Position numbers and translations under genes: made by a program. Below the pieces are notes generated by a model, which worked only from the letters and a program-made list of their open reading frames with translations, was not told the origin of the DNA and ran no database searches. Positions 25,566 to 36,314 of a stretch of 64,000 nucleotides of DNA are shown in pieces (position 1 is the stretch's first letter; the number at the start of each line of letters is the position of its first letter). The stretch is from Gammaproteobacteria bacterium (GTDB taxonomy: Bacteria > Pseudomonadota > Gammaproteobacteria > Eutrophobiales > Eutrophobiaceae). The DNA lies in NCBI GenBank assembly GCA_965116495.1, contig OZ220696.1, forward strand, positions 4,000,001-4,064,000, read 5' to 3'.

Positions 25566-28500
25566 TTACCCAACATGGGCTGTCTCCTTAGGCATGTGAG
25601 GCTCATTGCGATGCAGCATCCGATAAAGCGCCGGGATCACAAACAACGTCAGTAAGGTGGATGAAATCACACCGCCAATCACCACGGTGGCCAACGGTCG
25701 TTGCACTTCCGAACCGATACCGGTATTCAGTGCCATGGGAACAAAGCCCAGGGAGGCGACAAGTGCTGTGGTAAGCACCGGACGCAAACGTGTTAAGGCA
25801 CCTTCGGTAATGGCCTGATCCAAAGGTAATTTATCTTTGATCAATTCCCGGATAAACGACACCATCACCAGGCCGTTGAGAACAGCGATACCCGACAGTG
25901 CGATAAATCCCACAGCAGCGGAAATGGAAAAGGGAATATCCCGCAACATCAGCGCAGCAACGCCGCCGGTCAACGCCAGCGGCACACCAGAAAAAATAAT
26001 CATGGCGTCTTTAAAAGATCCCAGTGCCAGCACCAACAAGCCAACGATCATGAGCAGTGTGACTGGCACCACAATCGACAGACGCTGTGAGGCCGACTGC
26101 AATTTCTGATAGGTGCCGCCGTACTCCACCCAGTAACCCGCAGGCAGTTCTACCGAGTTGTTAATGGCGCTCTGAATATCCGCTACAAAACTCCCCAGAT
26201 CACGGTCCCGCACGTTGGCGGTAACCACAACTCGGCGCTTGCCGTTTTCACGGTTAATCTGATTGACCCCTTCCATGCTCTCCAGTGTCGCCAGCTCCTG
26301 CAAGGGAACACTCATACCATCGGATAGATGGATGGGTAGACGGAGCATGGCATCCACATCATTACGCAGAGACTCATCGAGTCGCACAACGATATCCGCA
26401 CGCCGGTCTCCCTCGTAAAACTTGCCAGCTACACGCCCACCAAAGGCCGTCGCCAGTTGTTCCTGTACCTCCATTTTACTGACACCATACTGGGCCAGCT
26501 TGTCCAGCTTCGGTACGATCACCAGCATCGGTAGGCCGGTGGTCTGTTCCGCCTGCACATCGGCAATACCCTCAACAGCCCCTATAGCAGCTTCAATAGC
26601 ATCACCCAGTGTCGCTAGCATCTCCAGGTCATCTCCAAACACTTTAATGGCCAGCTCCGCCCGCACACCGGACAACAGCTCGTTAAAACGCATTTGAATC
26701 GGCTGCAAAAATTCGTAGCGGTTGCCGGGAATATCGCTGACCAATGCATCCAGCTCAGCCACTACTTGATTTTTGGGTTTACTCGGGTCGGGCCACTGAT
26801 CGCGGGGTTTCAGAATAATAAAATTGTCCGCCACGCTAGGGGGTACCGCATCGGTAGCGACATCCGCCGTACCGATTTTGGCGAAGACCCGCTCAACTTC
26901 CGGCAGGGCTTTAATGCGCTCTTCCAACGTCTCCTGCATGGCAATCGCCTGGCTCAGGGACGTTCCAGGAATGCGCAGTGCGTGCATGGCAATATCACCT
27001 TCGTCCAGATTGGGCGCAAATTCGCTGCCCAGACGCGTCGCGCCAAAACCACTGATGATAACCAAAAGCGTGGCAAGTCCAACAAACAGCCCACGATGAT
27101 TGAGCACCCAAGCCAATGCAGGCTGATACAGCGATAATGCACCACTGGTAATAACATTGCGCTTTTCCTGCACCGGTTTTTTAAACAGCAGCGCAATCAT
27201 CGCTGGAACAAAGGTGACAGACAGCACCATAGCACTGAGCAGGGCTATCACCACGGTAATGGCCATCGGATGGAACATTTTGCCCTCGGTACCTTCCAAG
27301 GCAAAAATCGGCAGGTAGACCGCGGTGATAATGAATACACCAAATAGCGCTGGTCGTATGACTTCGCGGGTTGCTTCAAACACCAATTCGAGACGTTCAC
27401 GAACCGCCAGCACTTGTCCGCTGGCACTGGACTGACTTAGTCGCCGCAGGCAGTTTTCAACAATAATAATGGCACCATCAACCAGCAAGCCAAAATCCAG
27501 AGCGCCGAGGCTCATCAGGTTGGCGCTGACCCGCGTTTGCACCATGCCGGTGATGGTCATCAGCATGGCGAAGGGAATCACCAACGCGGTCAGAAACGCC
27601 GCACGGATATTGCCCAGCAACAGGAACAAAATAACGATAACCAGCAGCGCCCCTTCGGCCAGGTTGGTCTGCACGGTGGTCAGGGTTTTATCCACCAGTT
27701 TGGTTCGATCATAAACCGCCGTCGCCGCCACTCCTTCCGGCAGGTTCTCATTGATCTCCTTCAGCTTTTCAGCGACGCCATTGGCAACGGTGCGACTGTT
27801 TTCGCCAATCAGAATAAACACCGTACTCATGACCACTTCACGCCCGTTCTGTGTTGCCGCGCCGATACGTAGTCCTTTCCCTTCACTGACCTGCGCCACA
27901 TCAGCGATTCTGACTGTGGCACCATCCTGAGTGGCGAGGGGAATCTGGCTGATATCGTCGATGACTTCCGCCTGTCCGGGGATTCGCATCAACCACTGGG
28001 CACCGTTGCGCTCTATAAACCCGGTACCCTGATTGCTGTTATTAGCGTTGATCGCCGCCACCACATCGGCTTGGGTCAAGCCAAATGCCAGCAGACGTGC
28101 CGGATCAAAGGCGACCAGAATCTCGCGCTCGTAGCCACCGATGGGATTGACTTCCACCACGCCGGGCACCCGCATCAGTTGCGGGCGAATAATCCAGTCA
28201 TGCACCGCGCGCAGGTCCATGGGCGTAATGGGGTGGCCGTCTTCGTTGGTGGCGCCGGGTTCGGCATCTACCGTGAACATAAAGATCTCACCGAGACCGG
28301 TGGCAATCGGCCCCATTTCAGGCTCCAGTCCACTCGGCAGTCTGGAGCGGGCGGCCGAAAGCCGCTCATTGACCAGCTGGCGGGCAAAATAGATATCGGT
28401 GTCATCGCTAAAAACAGCGACCACCTGTGACAGCCCATAGCGGGAGACCGAGCGGGTATGTGCTAATCCGGGCAATCCCGCTAACGAGGTTTCCAGCGGC

Positions 28501-28697
28501 AGGAAGCGCTGTTCCACTTCCAGGGGGGTAAAGCCCGGCGCTTCGGTGTTGATCATCACCTGTACATTGGTGATGTCGGGTACGGCATCAATGGGTAGCC
28601 TGGTGAAATTCCAGGCACCCAGCGCCGCCAGCGCCAAAACCAGCAGGATCACGACACCATTGCGGTGTATGGAAAACCGTAAAATCCTGTCCAGCAT
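25566..28697 (-). CDS. czcA: CzcA/CusA heavy-metal RND pump
   Basis: LPIDAVPDITNVQV, SLGALDFGLLVDGAIIIVEN and RLRPVL motifs. Confidence 0.95.
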   Translation of the reverse strand: MLDRILRFSIHRNGVVILLVLALAALGAWNFTRLPIDAVPDITNVQVMINTEAPGFTPLEVEQRFLPLETSLAGLPGLAHTRSVSRYGLSQVVAVFSDDTDIYFARQLVNERLSAARSRLPSGLEPEMGPIATGLGEIFMFTVDAEPGATNEDGHPITPMDLRAVHDWIIRPQLMRVPGVVEVNPIGGYEREILVAFDPARLLAFGLTQADVVAAINANNSNQGTGFIERNGAQWLMRIPGQAEVIDDISQIPLATQDGATVRIADVAQVSEGKGLRIGAATQNGREVVMSTVFILIGENSRTVANGVAEKLKEINENLPEGVAATAVYDRTKLVDKTLTTVQTNLAEGALLVIVILFLLLGNIRAAFLTALVIPFAMLMTITGMVQTRVSANLMSLGALDFGLLVDGAIIIVENCLRRLSQSSASGQVLAVRERLELVFEATREVIRPALFGVFIITAVYLPIFALEGTEGKMFHPMAITVVIALLSAMVLSVTFVPAMIALLFKKPVQEKRNVITSGALSLYQPALAWVLNHRGLFVGLATLLVIISGFGATRLGSEFAPNLDEGDIAMHALRIPGTSLSQAIAMQETLEERIKALPEVERVFAKIGTADVATDAVPPSVADNFIILKPRDQWPDPSKPKNQVVAELDALVSDIPGNRYEFLQPIQMRFNELLSGVRAELAIKVFGDDLEMLATLGDAIEAAIGAVEGIADVQAEQTTGLPMLVIVPKLDKLAQYGVSKMEVQEQLATAFGGRVAGKFYEGDRRADIVVRLDESLRNDVDAMLRLPIHLSDGMSVPLQELATLESMEGVNQINRENGKRRVVVTANVRDRDLGSFVADIQSAINNSVELPAGYWVEYGGTYQKLQSASQRLSIVVPVTLLMIVGLLVLALGSFKDAMIIFSGVPLALTGGVAALMLRDIPFSISAAVGFIALSGIAVLNGLVMVSFIRELIKDKLPLDQAITEGALTRLRPVLTTALVASLGFVPMALNTGIGSEVQRPLATVVIGGVISSTLLTLFVIPALYRMLHRNEPHMPKETAHVG

Positions 28698-28706
28698 GGG
28701 CTGCTC

Positions 28707-29954
28707 CTAGTGGTCGTGCGACGCGCCGGATTTTTCGATATCGGCTTTGATGATGTAGCTGTTCTCAGTCACGTATTCTGTGCCAGGCTCCAATCCACCC
28801 AACACTTCCACCCAGGGGCCCGCTTCACGGCCCAGCTCCAGCATCCGTACCTCATATTCTTCTCCAACCTTGGCATAAACGACGGTGAAGTCACGGAAAC
28901 TCTGCAAGCCGCTGCGTTTTACCGCCAGTGGCGCGTCAACGGTGTCGACTTCGATATCGCCGCGGACAAACAGCCCGGCACTCAACAACCCATTGTTGTT
29001 AATTTCGGCCAGGAATAGCCGCGCCTGATCACTGCGCAAAGCCGCTCTCGATCCACTGACGGTACTGCTCAGTGGCGCATCAACACCGTTAATCGACAGG
29101 GTTACCGGAGCGCCAACGTTGACCTTACTTCTGTCCGCCGGATAAATCGCCAATTCGGCCAGAAGGGTATCGGTATTGGTCATTTCCAATAATGTGCGCC
29201 CGGCCGTTTGCTCACCGGCACTTGTAAATTGCTCGCTGACCACACCAGCCATGGGTGCCTGAATCGGATAGGTTTTCAGGCTCTCATTGCTTTCTACCGT
29301 AATCAGTACCTGGCCTTTGCTGACCGAATCTCCGAGGCTGACGTGCATCTGTTTGATTACACCGTCAAAGCGGGCCTGAATCTGCCGTTTGGCACTTGGG
29401 GGATAAACGAGCTTGCCATAAACCCGGATGGTCTGATGCAGAGTGGCACTGCCAGCGGTTTCTGTGCCAATACCCATGGCTTTAGCGACGCCGTCGCCTA
29501 TGAGGGTACGGCCTTCAAAGTTGTCGTATTCCCAGCGATAGGTTTTGCCTTGGTATTGCGCGATAAGGGTGACGACAAATGAATGCGGTTCGTAAATCAC
29601 CGTATCGCCACGCAGGTAGTCCCCTTCGGCTCTAAAACGGATATCGTCAACGACATTGCCCAGGCGTGTGAGCTTGACCTGAAGGTCCACCGCATCGGGT
29701 GATACCGCTTCACCGTCATCACTTACCCAGACACGAAATTCCGGTGGTACGCCGGTTTCAAAAACAGCCAGCTCCACCGCAAAATCGCCATCGCGCAACA
29801 TCCAACCCCGGTGCGGCCCTTTTTCGGGTTCTGCTTCCTGAGCCCCCGACTCTGAGGCAGCGGCGGCGATTGAAGGCAGAAACATGGCGCCCAGTACTAC
29901 CTGGCACACCAGGAATAATCGTAGAGCATAGCGGTTCATAATGGTTTCTCTCAC
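28707..29954 (-). CDS. czcB: CzcB-like periplasmic adaptor (membrane fusion protein)
   Basis: Lipoyl-like halves, C-terminal KSGASHDH, position between czcC and czcA. Confidence 0.88.
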   Translation of the reverse strand: MRETIMNRYALRLFLVCQVVLGAMFLPSIAAAASESGAQEAEPEKGPHRGWMLRDGDFAVELAVFETGVPPEFRVWVSDDGEAVSPDAVDLQVKLTRLGNVVDDIRFRAEGDYLRGDTVIYEPHSFVVTLIAQYQGKTYRWEYDNFEGRTLIGDGVAKAMGIGTETAGSATLHQTIRVYGKLVYPPSAKRQIQARFDGVIKQMHVSLGDSVSKGQVLITVESNESLKTYPIQAPMAGVVSEQFTSAGEQTAGRTLLEMTNTDTLLAELAIYPADRSKVNVGAPVTLSINGVDAPLSSTVSGSRAALRSDQARLFLAEINNNGLLSAGLFVRGDIEVDTVDAPLAVKRSGLQSFRDFTVVYAKVGEEYEVRMLELGREAGPWVEVLGGLEPGTEYVTENSYIIKADIEKSGASHDH

Positions 29955-29967
29955 GGTAGCGGCGTCC

Positions 29968-31272
29968 TTAGAATGTCAGCGTGGTACCGGTGAGGCGCTG
30001 AAGTTCGATATGTTGTAAATGGATCGCTTCAAAGGCACTTAACAGATCCTGTTGCGCGCCCAGTTTTTTATTCAGAAGGATGATCCACTGCTGATAACCC
30101 AGCTTGCCGGTTTCATAGGCATGCGTGGCCTGTGCATGGGCAGTGTTTAAGGCGGGGATAATTCGCTTTTGCAGCGTTTCAATTACATGATGGCTGTGTT
30201 TAATTTCCTGGAGCAGGACATAAAGCTGCGTATCCAACTGGCGTTGCAGTGCTTCGGATTCACTGGCAAATTCAGCCTGCCTGGCCTGAAGGCTTCTGAT
30301 TTTCCCGGTGCTACTGCGGTCCTTACCGAGCGGCACAGAAACACCGGCTAACATGCCGAAATCATTGCTTGCCTCCAAACGCCGAACACCAACCGAAAAC
30401 TGCCACTGCGGCTTGGCCTCAATTCTGGCAAGCTCTATTTCTGATTCTGCAATACGCTGCTGGTTCGCCAGCAATGCCAATGTGGGGTTTTGTTTCAGTT
30501 GATCAAATTGCTGTTCAACACTTCCCAGTGTTGGAATGGTAAGAAGCTCACCCACTAACCGAAAGTCATTACGCTCACCACCCCATTGCGCGCGCAACTG
30601 GTAACGCGTTGACGTCAGCACGTGCTGCAGGTCTTCGGCCTCCAATTCCCTTTGCGCCATTTCCACCTCCGCCTGGAGACGTTCGAATTCCGGGCTTTTA
30701 CCGGCCTCGACCCGCTTTTTGAGGGCGTTGACGGTGCTTCTGGCCTGTTGTTGCGCCTGTCGAGCCAGCGTTAAACGCTGTTCTTCGACCAGTGTCTGAA
30801 CAAATAACCGGGCAGTCTGAGCAGACAGGTCAAGCGCTTTGATTTGTCGTTGGATATCCACCTGAGTGGAGGTAACCTGTGCTGCCTGAATCCGTTGATC
30901 GATTCGTGCTCCTTGCATTACCCAACTAATGGATAACGTAGACTGAGCGCTATCAAAGCCGTTGTAATCACCATCACCACCAAAATCTTCAATTATTAAG
31001 CCGATACCGGGCCGCTGTCCCACGCTGACTTGTTCTACCAAGCCTTGATACGCTTCGCGTTGGTGGAGAAACGTACCCAACTGTGGATGCTGTTCCAAAG
31101 TGAGTCGCACCGCTTTCTCCAGTGACAACAGGGTGGGTTCTGACTCACTCTGTGCGTGAACAGCTGAAACAGTTAGGCACATTGCAGCGAAAACGACTAC
31201 AGACAACCCAAATGGCCTCATAAACCGATTGGCAATCGGTATTTTTTGCAAACTGAAAGAGCACAGATTCAT
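29968..31272 (-). CDS. czcC: CzcC/TolC-family outer-membrane channel
   Basis: OEP repeats. Start at 31272 or at ATG 31221 preceding the signal peptide. Confidence 0.88.
   Translation of the reverse strand: MNLCSFSLQKIPIANRFMRPFGLSVVVFAAMCLTVSAVHAQSESEPTLLSLEKAVRLTLEQHPQLGTFLHQREAYQGLVEQVSVGQRPGIGLIIEDFGGDGDYNGFDSAQSTLSISWVMQGARIDQRIQAAQVTSTQVDIQRQIKALDLSAQTARLFVQTLVEEQRLTLARQAQQQARSTVNALKKRVEAGKSPEFERLQAEVEMAQRELEAEDLQHVLTSTRYQLRAQWGGERNDFRLVGELLTIPTLGSVEQQFDQLKQNPTLALLANQQRIAESEIELARIEAKPQWQFSVGVRRLEASNDFGMLAGVSVPLGKDRSSTGKIRSLQARQAEFASESEALQRQLDTQLYVLLQEIKHSHHVIETLQKRIIPALNTAHAQATHAYETGKLGYQQWIILLNKKLGAQQDLLSAFEAIHLQHIELQRLTGTTLTF
31224..31240. promoter_or_regulatory. Palindromic operator copy 1 (candidate BlaI-family site)
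   Basis: ACCGATTGGCAATCGGT, matches the 32733 copy at 16/17 positions. Confidence 0.7.
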
Positions 31273-31297
31273 TCATCAGCCTTCTTGATTTAAAAAA

Positions 31298-32299
31298 TTA
31301 GTGGGAAAAAATCACTTCGATCAGATGGTGCAAGGTATCAACCCCGGCGAATGACAGGGTCATTGTTACCATCATGATCAACAGGCAGTGTATCCAGGGA
31401 AACGATCGAAATTTTTGCGGTGCCACCAAAGCTCTAACCCGCACATCAATGTCGTCGGTAATAAAATAGTTTATGCTGACCGTATTCACACTGTTCCCAG
31501 AGAAGCGCCGAATTTTGGCCGCGTTAACCAGGGTTTGGGCGACATCGAAAGCACTGTAGGATTGACTGACGTGTGCATCAGCCAATTGCTCAGTGGCCAG
31601 CGAGAACAACCGATTTAATCGCTGTGTTATTGGCTTCGGGTAAAGCGATGCCAATAGCGCAAAAAACAATTTTTTCTGGGTATCTTTGTGCTTAATATGC
31701 GCTCGCTCATGGGCAAGAATGATATCCAGCTCCGCCTCGGTGACCTGCCCGATAAGACCGGTTGTCACGTAACACTTGGGACTTAACAGACCTGCGGTGA
31801 ACGCTACCGGGGTGCGGGATTCAAGCACAATAATGTCCCGCCCAATTTTCCACTGCCTGGAATTGCTCTGAGTCCGACTACCGGGGCTCTCCTTAGAAAG
31901 GCGTGTCAGTAAATCCAGTGCGTTCAAGTGGCGAGCTGCACCTAGCCCGTTCTTAATGAACACATACGCAGTACCCAGCATAAACAGGCACAGTGCCGCT
32001 CCGTGCCAGCTATCCAGGTAAAACACGTACGGATGATGCCAGTGCACCAGTGGGGTCAGCCACAGCGTACTTTCTAATTGAAACACCGAGGGTAAAAAAA
32101 TGAATAGGCAAAGAACGCTTGCTACCCAAGGTGTAACCACAAACAGCCACAGCAGTTTTTTTTGTGTAGCGGCAGAAAACAGCGTGATATGGCGAGCTAT
32201 TAACGGCCAGATCAAAGCAAGCAGTGCTGCCGCTGCCAACAGCTCCATCAGCGCAATACTCAGCAGATTGAAAACAATCGCCCACTCATTAATTAGCAT
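31298..32299 (-). CDS. M56-family (BlaR1-like) membrane metallopeptidase
   Basis: TM helices, AFTAGL..P, AHERAH and EQLAD motifs; no penicillin-binding domain. Confidence 0.9.
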   Translation of the reverse strand: MLINEWAIVFNLLSIALMELLAAAALLALIWPLIARHITLFSAATQKKLLWLFVVTPWVASVLCLFIFLPSVFQLESTLWLTPLVHWHHPYVFYLDSWHGAALCLFMLGTAYVFIKNGLGAARHLNALDLLTRLSKESPGSRTQSNSRQWKIGRDIIVLESRTPVAFTAGLLSPKCYVTTGLIGQVTEAELDIILAHERAHIKHKDTQKKLFFALLASLYPKPITQRLNRLFSLATEQLADAHVSQSYSAFDVAQTLVNAAKIRRFSGNSVNTVSINYFITDDIDVRVRALVAPQKFRSFPWIHCLLIMMVTMTLSFAGVDTLHHLIEVIFSH

Positions 32300-32684
32300 C
32301 GCTGTCTGCCTGACTGCGCAATTGACGTTGTTGTTGAATCAACTTTTCAAATTGAGACAGCTTATCGTCATCCAGTCCTGCCGAGAAGGAAGAAAAGGCG
32401 GCTATCAAATGGTCTTCACCTTCACCGATAAAATCGCTGGTCACATTCTGAATCAGCTGGGCGATGAGCTCTTTCCTGGCGACCTTAGCGCGATAATAGT
32501 AGGCATGCCCCTGCTTCTGACGGGTGAGCAGATCTTTTTTGAACAGTCTGTCCAGAGTGCTCTGAATGGTATTAAGTGTGCCACCCCGGCGCTTGGTTAA
32601 TGCTGTATGCGTCTGTTTGGCATCGGCCTCTGTCGCCTCCCACAAGTACTGCAGAACGCGTTTTTCTAATTCACCCAATATCAC
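32289..32684 (-). CDS. BlaI/MecI/CopY-family repressor
   Basis: LGELEKRVLQYLW, TIQSTLDRLFKK.LL.R and HAYYY motifs. Confidence 0.92.
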   Translation of the reverse strand: MILGELEKRVLQYLWEATEADAKQTHTALTKRRGGTLNTIQSTLDRLFKKDLLTRQKQGHAYYYRAKVARKELIAQLIQNVTSDFIGEGEDHLIAAFSSFSAGLDDDKLSQFEKLIQQQRQLRSQADSDAN

Positions 32685-32732
32685 AATACAGCTTTCCTAA
32701 GTGTTAACCGGAGCTTATATTAGCATACAAAT

Positions 32733-32749
32733 ACCGATAGGCAATCGGT
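32733..32749. promoter_or_regulatory. Palindromic operator copy 2, upstream of the blaI-like gene
   Basis: ACCGATAGGCAATCGGT, about 50 bp upstream of the start. Confidence 0.7.
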
Positions 32750-33044
32750 TTTTCTTGATTGCTTATATTTTAAACAAGGGGCACGCGATGGGAATGGGTC
32801 AGGCTGTACAAAATTGGAGGGAGGGAACCTAAATACGTTGGGTAAATTGTGGGTATTGAAAAGATGGTGTTGAATAAAACTTGGTACAATCAAGAGGTTG
32901 TAAATCTAGTTCTACTCCCCCTCCAGGAACATCTGAATAATGTCGATCTGGTAATGCCGAAGGAATCGACTTCAAAAACCAAACTGGGACTTGTCTTGCC
33001 GTTTGCGATCTTCCCCCTCGTCCAGCAAGCTGCCTGATCCAGAC

Positions 33045-33866
33045 TTACAAATCCCGCAACAACTCATTCAAACTAACCTTCCCCCGCGTCTTCTCATCCA
33101 CCTGCTTAACAATAACCGCACAATACAGACTATATTTCCCATCCTTCGACGGCAGGTTCCCCGATACCACCACCGATCCCGGCGGCACCCTCCCGTAACT
33201 GATCTCACCGGTATCCCGGTTGTAAATCCGGGTACTCTGCCCGATGTACACACCCATGGAAATCACCGACCCTTCACCGACCACAACACCTTCGACAACT
33301 TCAGAACGCGCCCCGATAAAACAATTGTCTTCTATGATGGTCGGGTTGGCCTGTAACGGTTCCAGCACCCCGCCCAGGCCGACACCGCCGGAAAGGTGTA
33401 CGTTTTTGCCTACCTGGGCGCAGGAACCTACGGTGGCCCAGGTGTCCACCATGGTGCCCGAGTCCACGTAGGCGCCGATATTGACGTAGCTGGGCATGAG
33501 GACAACGTTGGGCGCCACGTAGCTGCCGTAACGTGCCATAGTCGGCGGCACAACCCGCGCACCGCCTGCTATGAAATCATCTTTACCGTAACCTGCGAAC
33601 TTGGGTTCTACCTTGTCGTAATAATTGGTCCAGCCCCCTTCCATTACGCGGTTATCGTTCAATGCAAAAGACAGGAGCACGGCCTTTTTCAGCCACTGGT
33701 TGACCACCCATTCGCCGTTTTGTTTCTCCGCCACCCGCAATTCGCCGCTGTCCAGCCCGGCTATTGCCTCGTTTACGGCATCTTTGAGTGAATCACCGGC
33801 GTTGCCGGGACTGATGCGGCTGCGTTGCTCGAAAGCCTCGTTGATAATGTCTGCAATACTGCTCAT
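33045..33866 (-). CDS. dapD: Tetrahydrodipicolinate N-succinyltransferase
   Basis: [23 protein letters not shown] and [16 protein letters not shown] motifs. Confidence 0.97.
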   Translation of the reverse strand: MSSIADIINEAFEQRSRISPGNAGDSLKDAVNEAIAGLDSGELRVAEKQNGEWVVNQWLKKAVLLSFALNDNRVMEGGWTNYYDKVEPKFAGYGKDDFIAGGARVVPPTMARYGSYVAPNVVLMPSYVNIGAYVDSGTMVDTWATVGSCAQVGKNVHLSGGVGLGGVLEPLQANPTIIEDNCFIGARSEVVEGVVVGEGSVISMGVYIGQSTRIYNRDTGEISYGRVPPGSVVVSGNLPSKDGKYSLYCAVIVKQVDEKTRGKVSLNELLRDL

Positions 33867-33886
33867 CGGCTGCTAGCTCCTGTTCC

Positions 33887-35086
33887 TTATGTTGGTTTGC
33901 GAATAAATTCTGCCACGCGTTCTGCTGCTTCTATACACCGGGGTAACGGGGCAGTCAAGGCGATACGCAGCCTGTTTGCCCCAGGGTCCCTGCCTGCGGC
34001 CGGCCGCGACAGGAAACGTCCCGGTAGAACCAGCAGGTTCTGCTCCAAGTATAGTGAGCGGGCAAAGTCTACATCATTTTCGGGTATCTGCGGCCATAAA
34101 TAAAAACCTGCCTCGGGTTCGCTCACGTCCATTACGGGTTGCAGGATCGCCAGGACCGCAGCGAATTTTTCCCGGTACAGGTTGCGGTTATTCAGGACAT
34201 GGGCTTCATCACTCCAGGCTGCGCGGCTGGCCCGTTGCACGTGGAGCGGCATGGCGCCGCCGAGATAAGTCCGGTACGTATAAAATGTATCGATGATAGC
34301 GGCGTCGCCGGCGACAAACCCCGAGCGCAGTCCGGGGACGTTGGAGCGCTTGGAGAGTGAGTGAAACACGATGCAGTGGCGGTAGTCATCCCGGCCCAGC
34401 TTTGCTGCGGCCTCGAGCAGCCCCAGGGGGGGATTGTCCTCATCCGGGTAGATTTCCGAGTAACACTCATCGGCGGCGATTGTAAAATCGTACCGCTCGG
34501 CGTAGTCCAGCAGCAGTTCCAGGATTTCCAGCCTGGTAACGGTGCCCGTGGGGTTGTTTGGCGAACACAGGTAGAGCAGTTCACAACGCTGCCAGACGTC
34601 ATCGCCGATTCTGGAGAAATCCGGCTGATATCCATCTTCTTCAGCCATGTTGACGTAACAGGGGGTGGCTCCGGCGAGTAGCGCGGCGCCTTCGTAAATC
34701 TGGTAGAACGGGTTGGGAAGCACGACCAGTGGACCCGCCCTGTTGCGGTCGACGACCGACTGCGCGATAGCAAACAGCGCTTCCCGCGTGCCGTTGACGG
34801 GGAGTACCTGACCGGCTCCCAGGCTCCGGGCAGGCAGGGAGAACCGTTTCGTCAGCCACCCCGCTATGGTTTCGCGCAGTTCTTCCATGCCCCGGGTAGA
34901 GGGATACACTGATGTCAGGCCCAGGTTTTCCGTCAGCGCTTGCAGTATGAAGTCCGGCGTTTCGTGTTTCGGCTCTCCCAGGGAAAGGTCGATAAGTGGT
35001 TTCCCCGGTACGGGCGTACCGGCCTTTTTCAAAGCTGCCAGTTTCTCAAAAGGATAAGGCTGCAGTTGTTCGAAACCCGGGTTCAT
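33887..35086 (-). CDS. dapC: N-succinyldiaminopimelate aminotransferase
   Basis: LQPYPFEKL, NGTREALF and SLSKRSNVPGLRSG motifs; adjacent to dapD. Confidence 0.94.
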   Translation of the reverse strand: MNPGFEQLQPYPFEKLAALKKAGTPVPGKPLIDLSLGEPKHETPDFILQALTENLGLTSVYPSTRGMEELRETIAGWLTKRFSLPARSLGAGQVLPVNGTREALFAIAQSVVDRNRAGPLVVLPNPFYQIYEGAALLAGATPCYVNMAEEDGYQPDFSRIGDDVWQRCELLYLCSPNNPTGTVTRLEILELLLDYAERYDFTIAADECYSEIYPDEDNPPLGLLEAAAKLGRDDYRHCIVFHSLSKRSNVPGLRSGFVAGDAAIIDTFYTYRTYLGGAMPLHVQRASRAAWSDEAHVLNNRNLYREKFAAVLAILQPVMDVSEPEAGFYLWPQIPENDVDFARSLYLEQNLLVLPGRFLSRPAAGRDPGANRLRIALTAPLPRCIEAAERVAEFIRKPT

Positions 35087-35177
35087 AAGTGGTTATCCTG
35101 TACCGAAAATAAGCGGCACGCCATTATGATACAATTCGCAAACTTACAACAACACACAACGTACGAAAAACTGTTGA

Positions 35178-36260
35178 ATGAGTCACAAAGTTCTGATACT
35201 GGCAGGAGACGGAATCGGCCCGGATATCATGCGGGAGGCGGAAAAAGTCCTGGCTGCCCTGGTGGCGGAGTACGGGCTGGATATTTCCGTTGAGCATGCC
35301 CTGGTGGGCGGTGCGGCCTACGATGATTGCGGCACCCCGTTGCCCGGGTCGACCCTGCAACTGGCACAGGCGAGCGATGCCGTGTTGTTCGGCGCCGTCG
35401 GCGGTCCCAAATGGGACGGGCTGGCACGGGATTTACGGCCGGAGCGCGGCGCGCTGCTGCCCCTGCGCGCGGAACTCGCCCTGTTTGCCAACCTGAGGCC
35501 GGCGCTGATCTACCCGCAACTGGTGGCCGCCTCGTCGCTGAAACCGGAACTGGTCAGCGGACTGGACATCATGATCGTGCGCGAGTTGACCGGCGGTATC
35601 TATTTCGGCAAGCCCAGGGGTATACACACCATGGAGTCAGGGGAACGTGAAGGGATCAACACGCTGCGTTATACGGAGACGGAAATTCGCCGTATCGCCC
35701 GCGTGGCTTTTTCAATAGCCATGCACCGGGACAAGCGGCTGTGTTCCGTGGACAAGGAGAATGTGCTGGAAGCGACCCAACTCTGGCGCCAGGTGATACT
35801 GGAGGTTGCCGCCGAATACCCTGAAGTCGAACTGGAACACCTGTACGTGGATAATGCGGCCATGCAACTGGTGCGCCGCCCGAAGCAGTTTGACGTGATG
35901 GTCACCACCAATATGTTCGGTGACATCCTGTCCGACCTGGCTTCCATGCTCAGCGGCTCCATCGGTATGTTGCCGTCCGCCTCACTGGATGAACGCAACA
36001 AGGGGTTGTATGAGCCCATACACGGCTCCGCGCCGGATATTGCGGGTCGGGGGCTGGCCAACCCCCTGGCCATGATATTGTCCGCGGCAATGCTGTTGCG
36101 CTATTCGCTGAACCTGGCGGAACAGGCGGACAGGATTGAAAATGCGGTGAAATCCGTGTTGACCCGGGGCCTGAGAACGGCGGATATCCACACGCCGGGC
36201 ACCGAAAAGGTATCCACCGCGCAGATGGGCGACGCAGTGGTGCGTGCGCTTGCAGGATAA
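35178..36260 (+). CDS. leuB: 3-isopropylmalate dehydrogenase
   Basis: [25 protein letters not shown] and [12 protein letters not shown] motifs. Confidence 0.97.
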   Translation: MSHKVLILAGDGIGPDIMREAEKVLAALVAEYGLDISVEHALVGGAAYDDCGTPLPGSTLQLAQASDAVLFGAVGGPKWDGLARDLRPERGALLPLRAELALFANLRPALIYPQLVAASSLKPELVSGLDIMIVRELTGGIYFGKPRGIHTMESGEREGINTLRYTETEIRRIARVAFSIAMHRDKRLCSVDKENVLEATQLWRQVILEVAAEYPEVELEHLYVDNAAMQLVRRPKQFDVMVTTNMFGDILSDLASMLSGSIGMLPSASLDERNKGLYEPIHGSAPDIAGRGLANPLAMILSAAMLLRYSLNLAEQADRIENAVKSVLTRGLRTADIHTPGTEKVSTAQMGDAVVRALAG

Positions 36261-36265
36261 ATTGT

Positions 36266-36289
36266 GAGGACAGAATTAATTCTGTCCCC
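36266..36289. repeat. 24-bp GGGGAC-family palindrome
   Basis: GAGGACAGAATTAATTCTGTCCCC. Confidence 0.9.
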
Positions 36290-36314
36290 GGACTGATGAG
36301 AGTTTGACACTGAA

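Noticed and set aside
31298-32684. Beta-lactam resistance locus
   Set aside because: No penicillin-binding sensor domain or beta-lactamase; the downstream genes encode metal efflux.
32849-33037. 62-aa ORF or possible gene remnant between blaI-like gene and dapD
   Set aside because: No recognisable motif in any frame; cannot be supported without a search.
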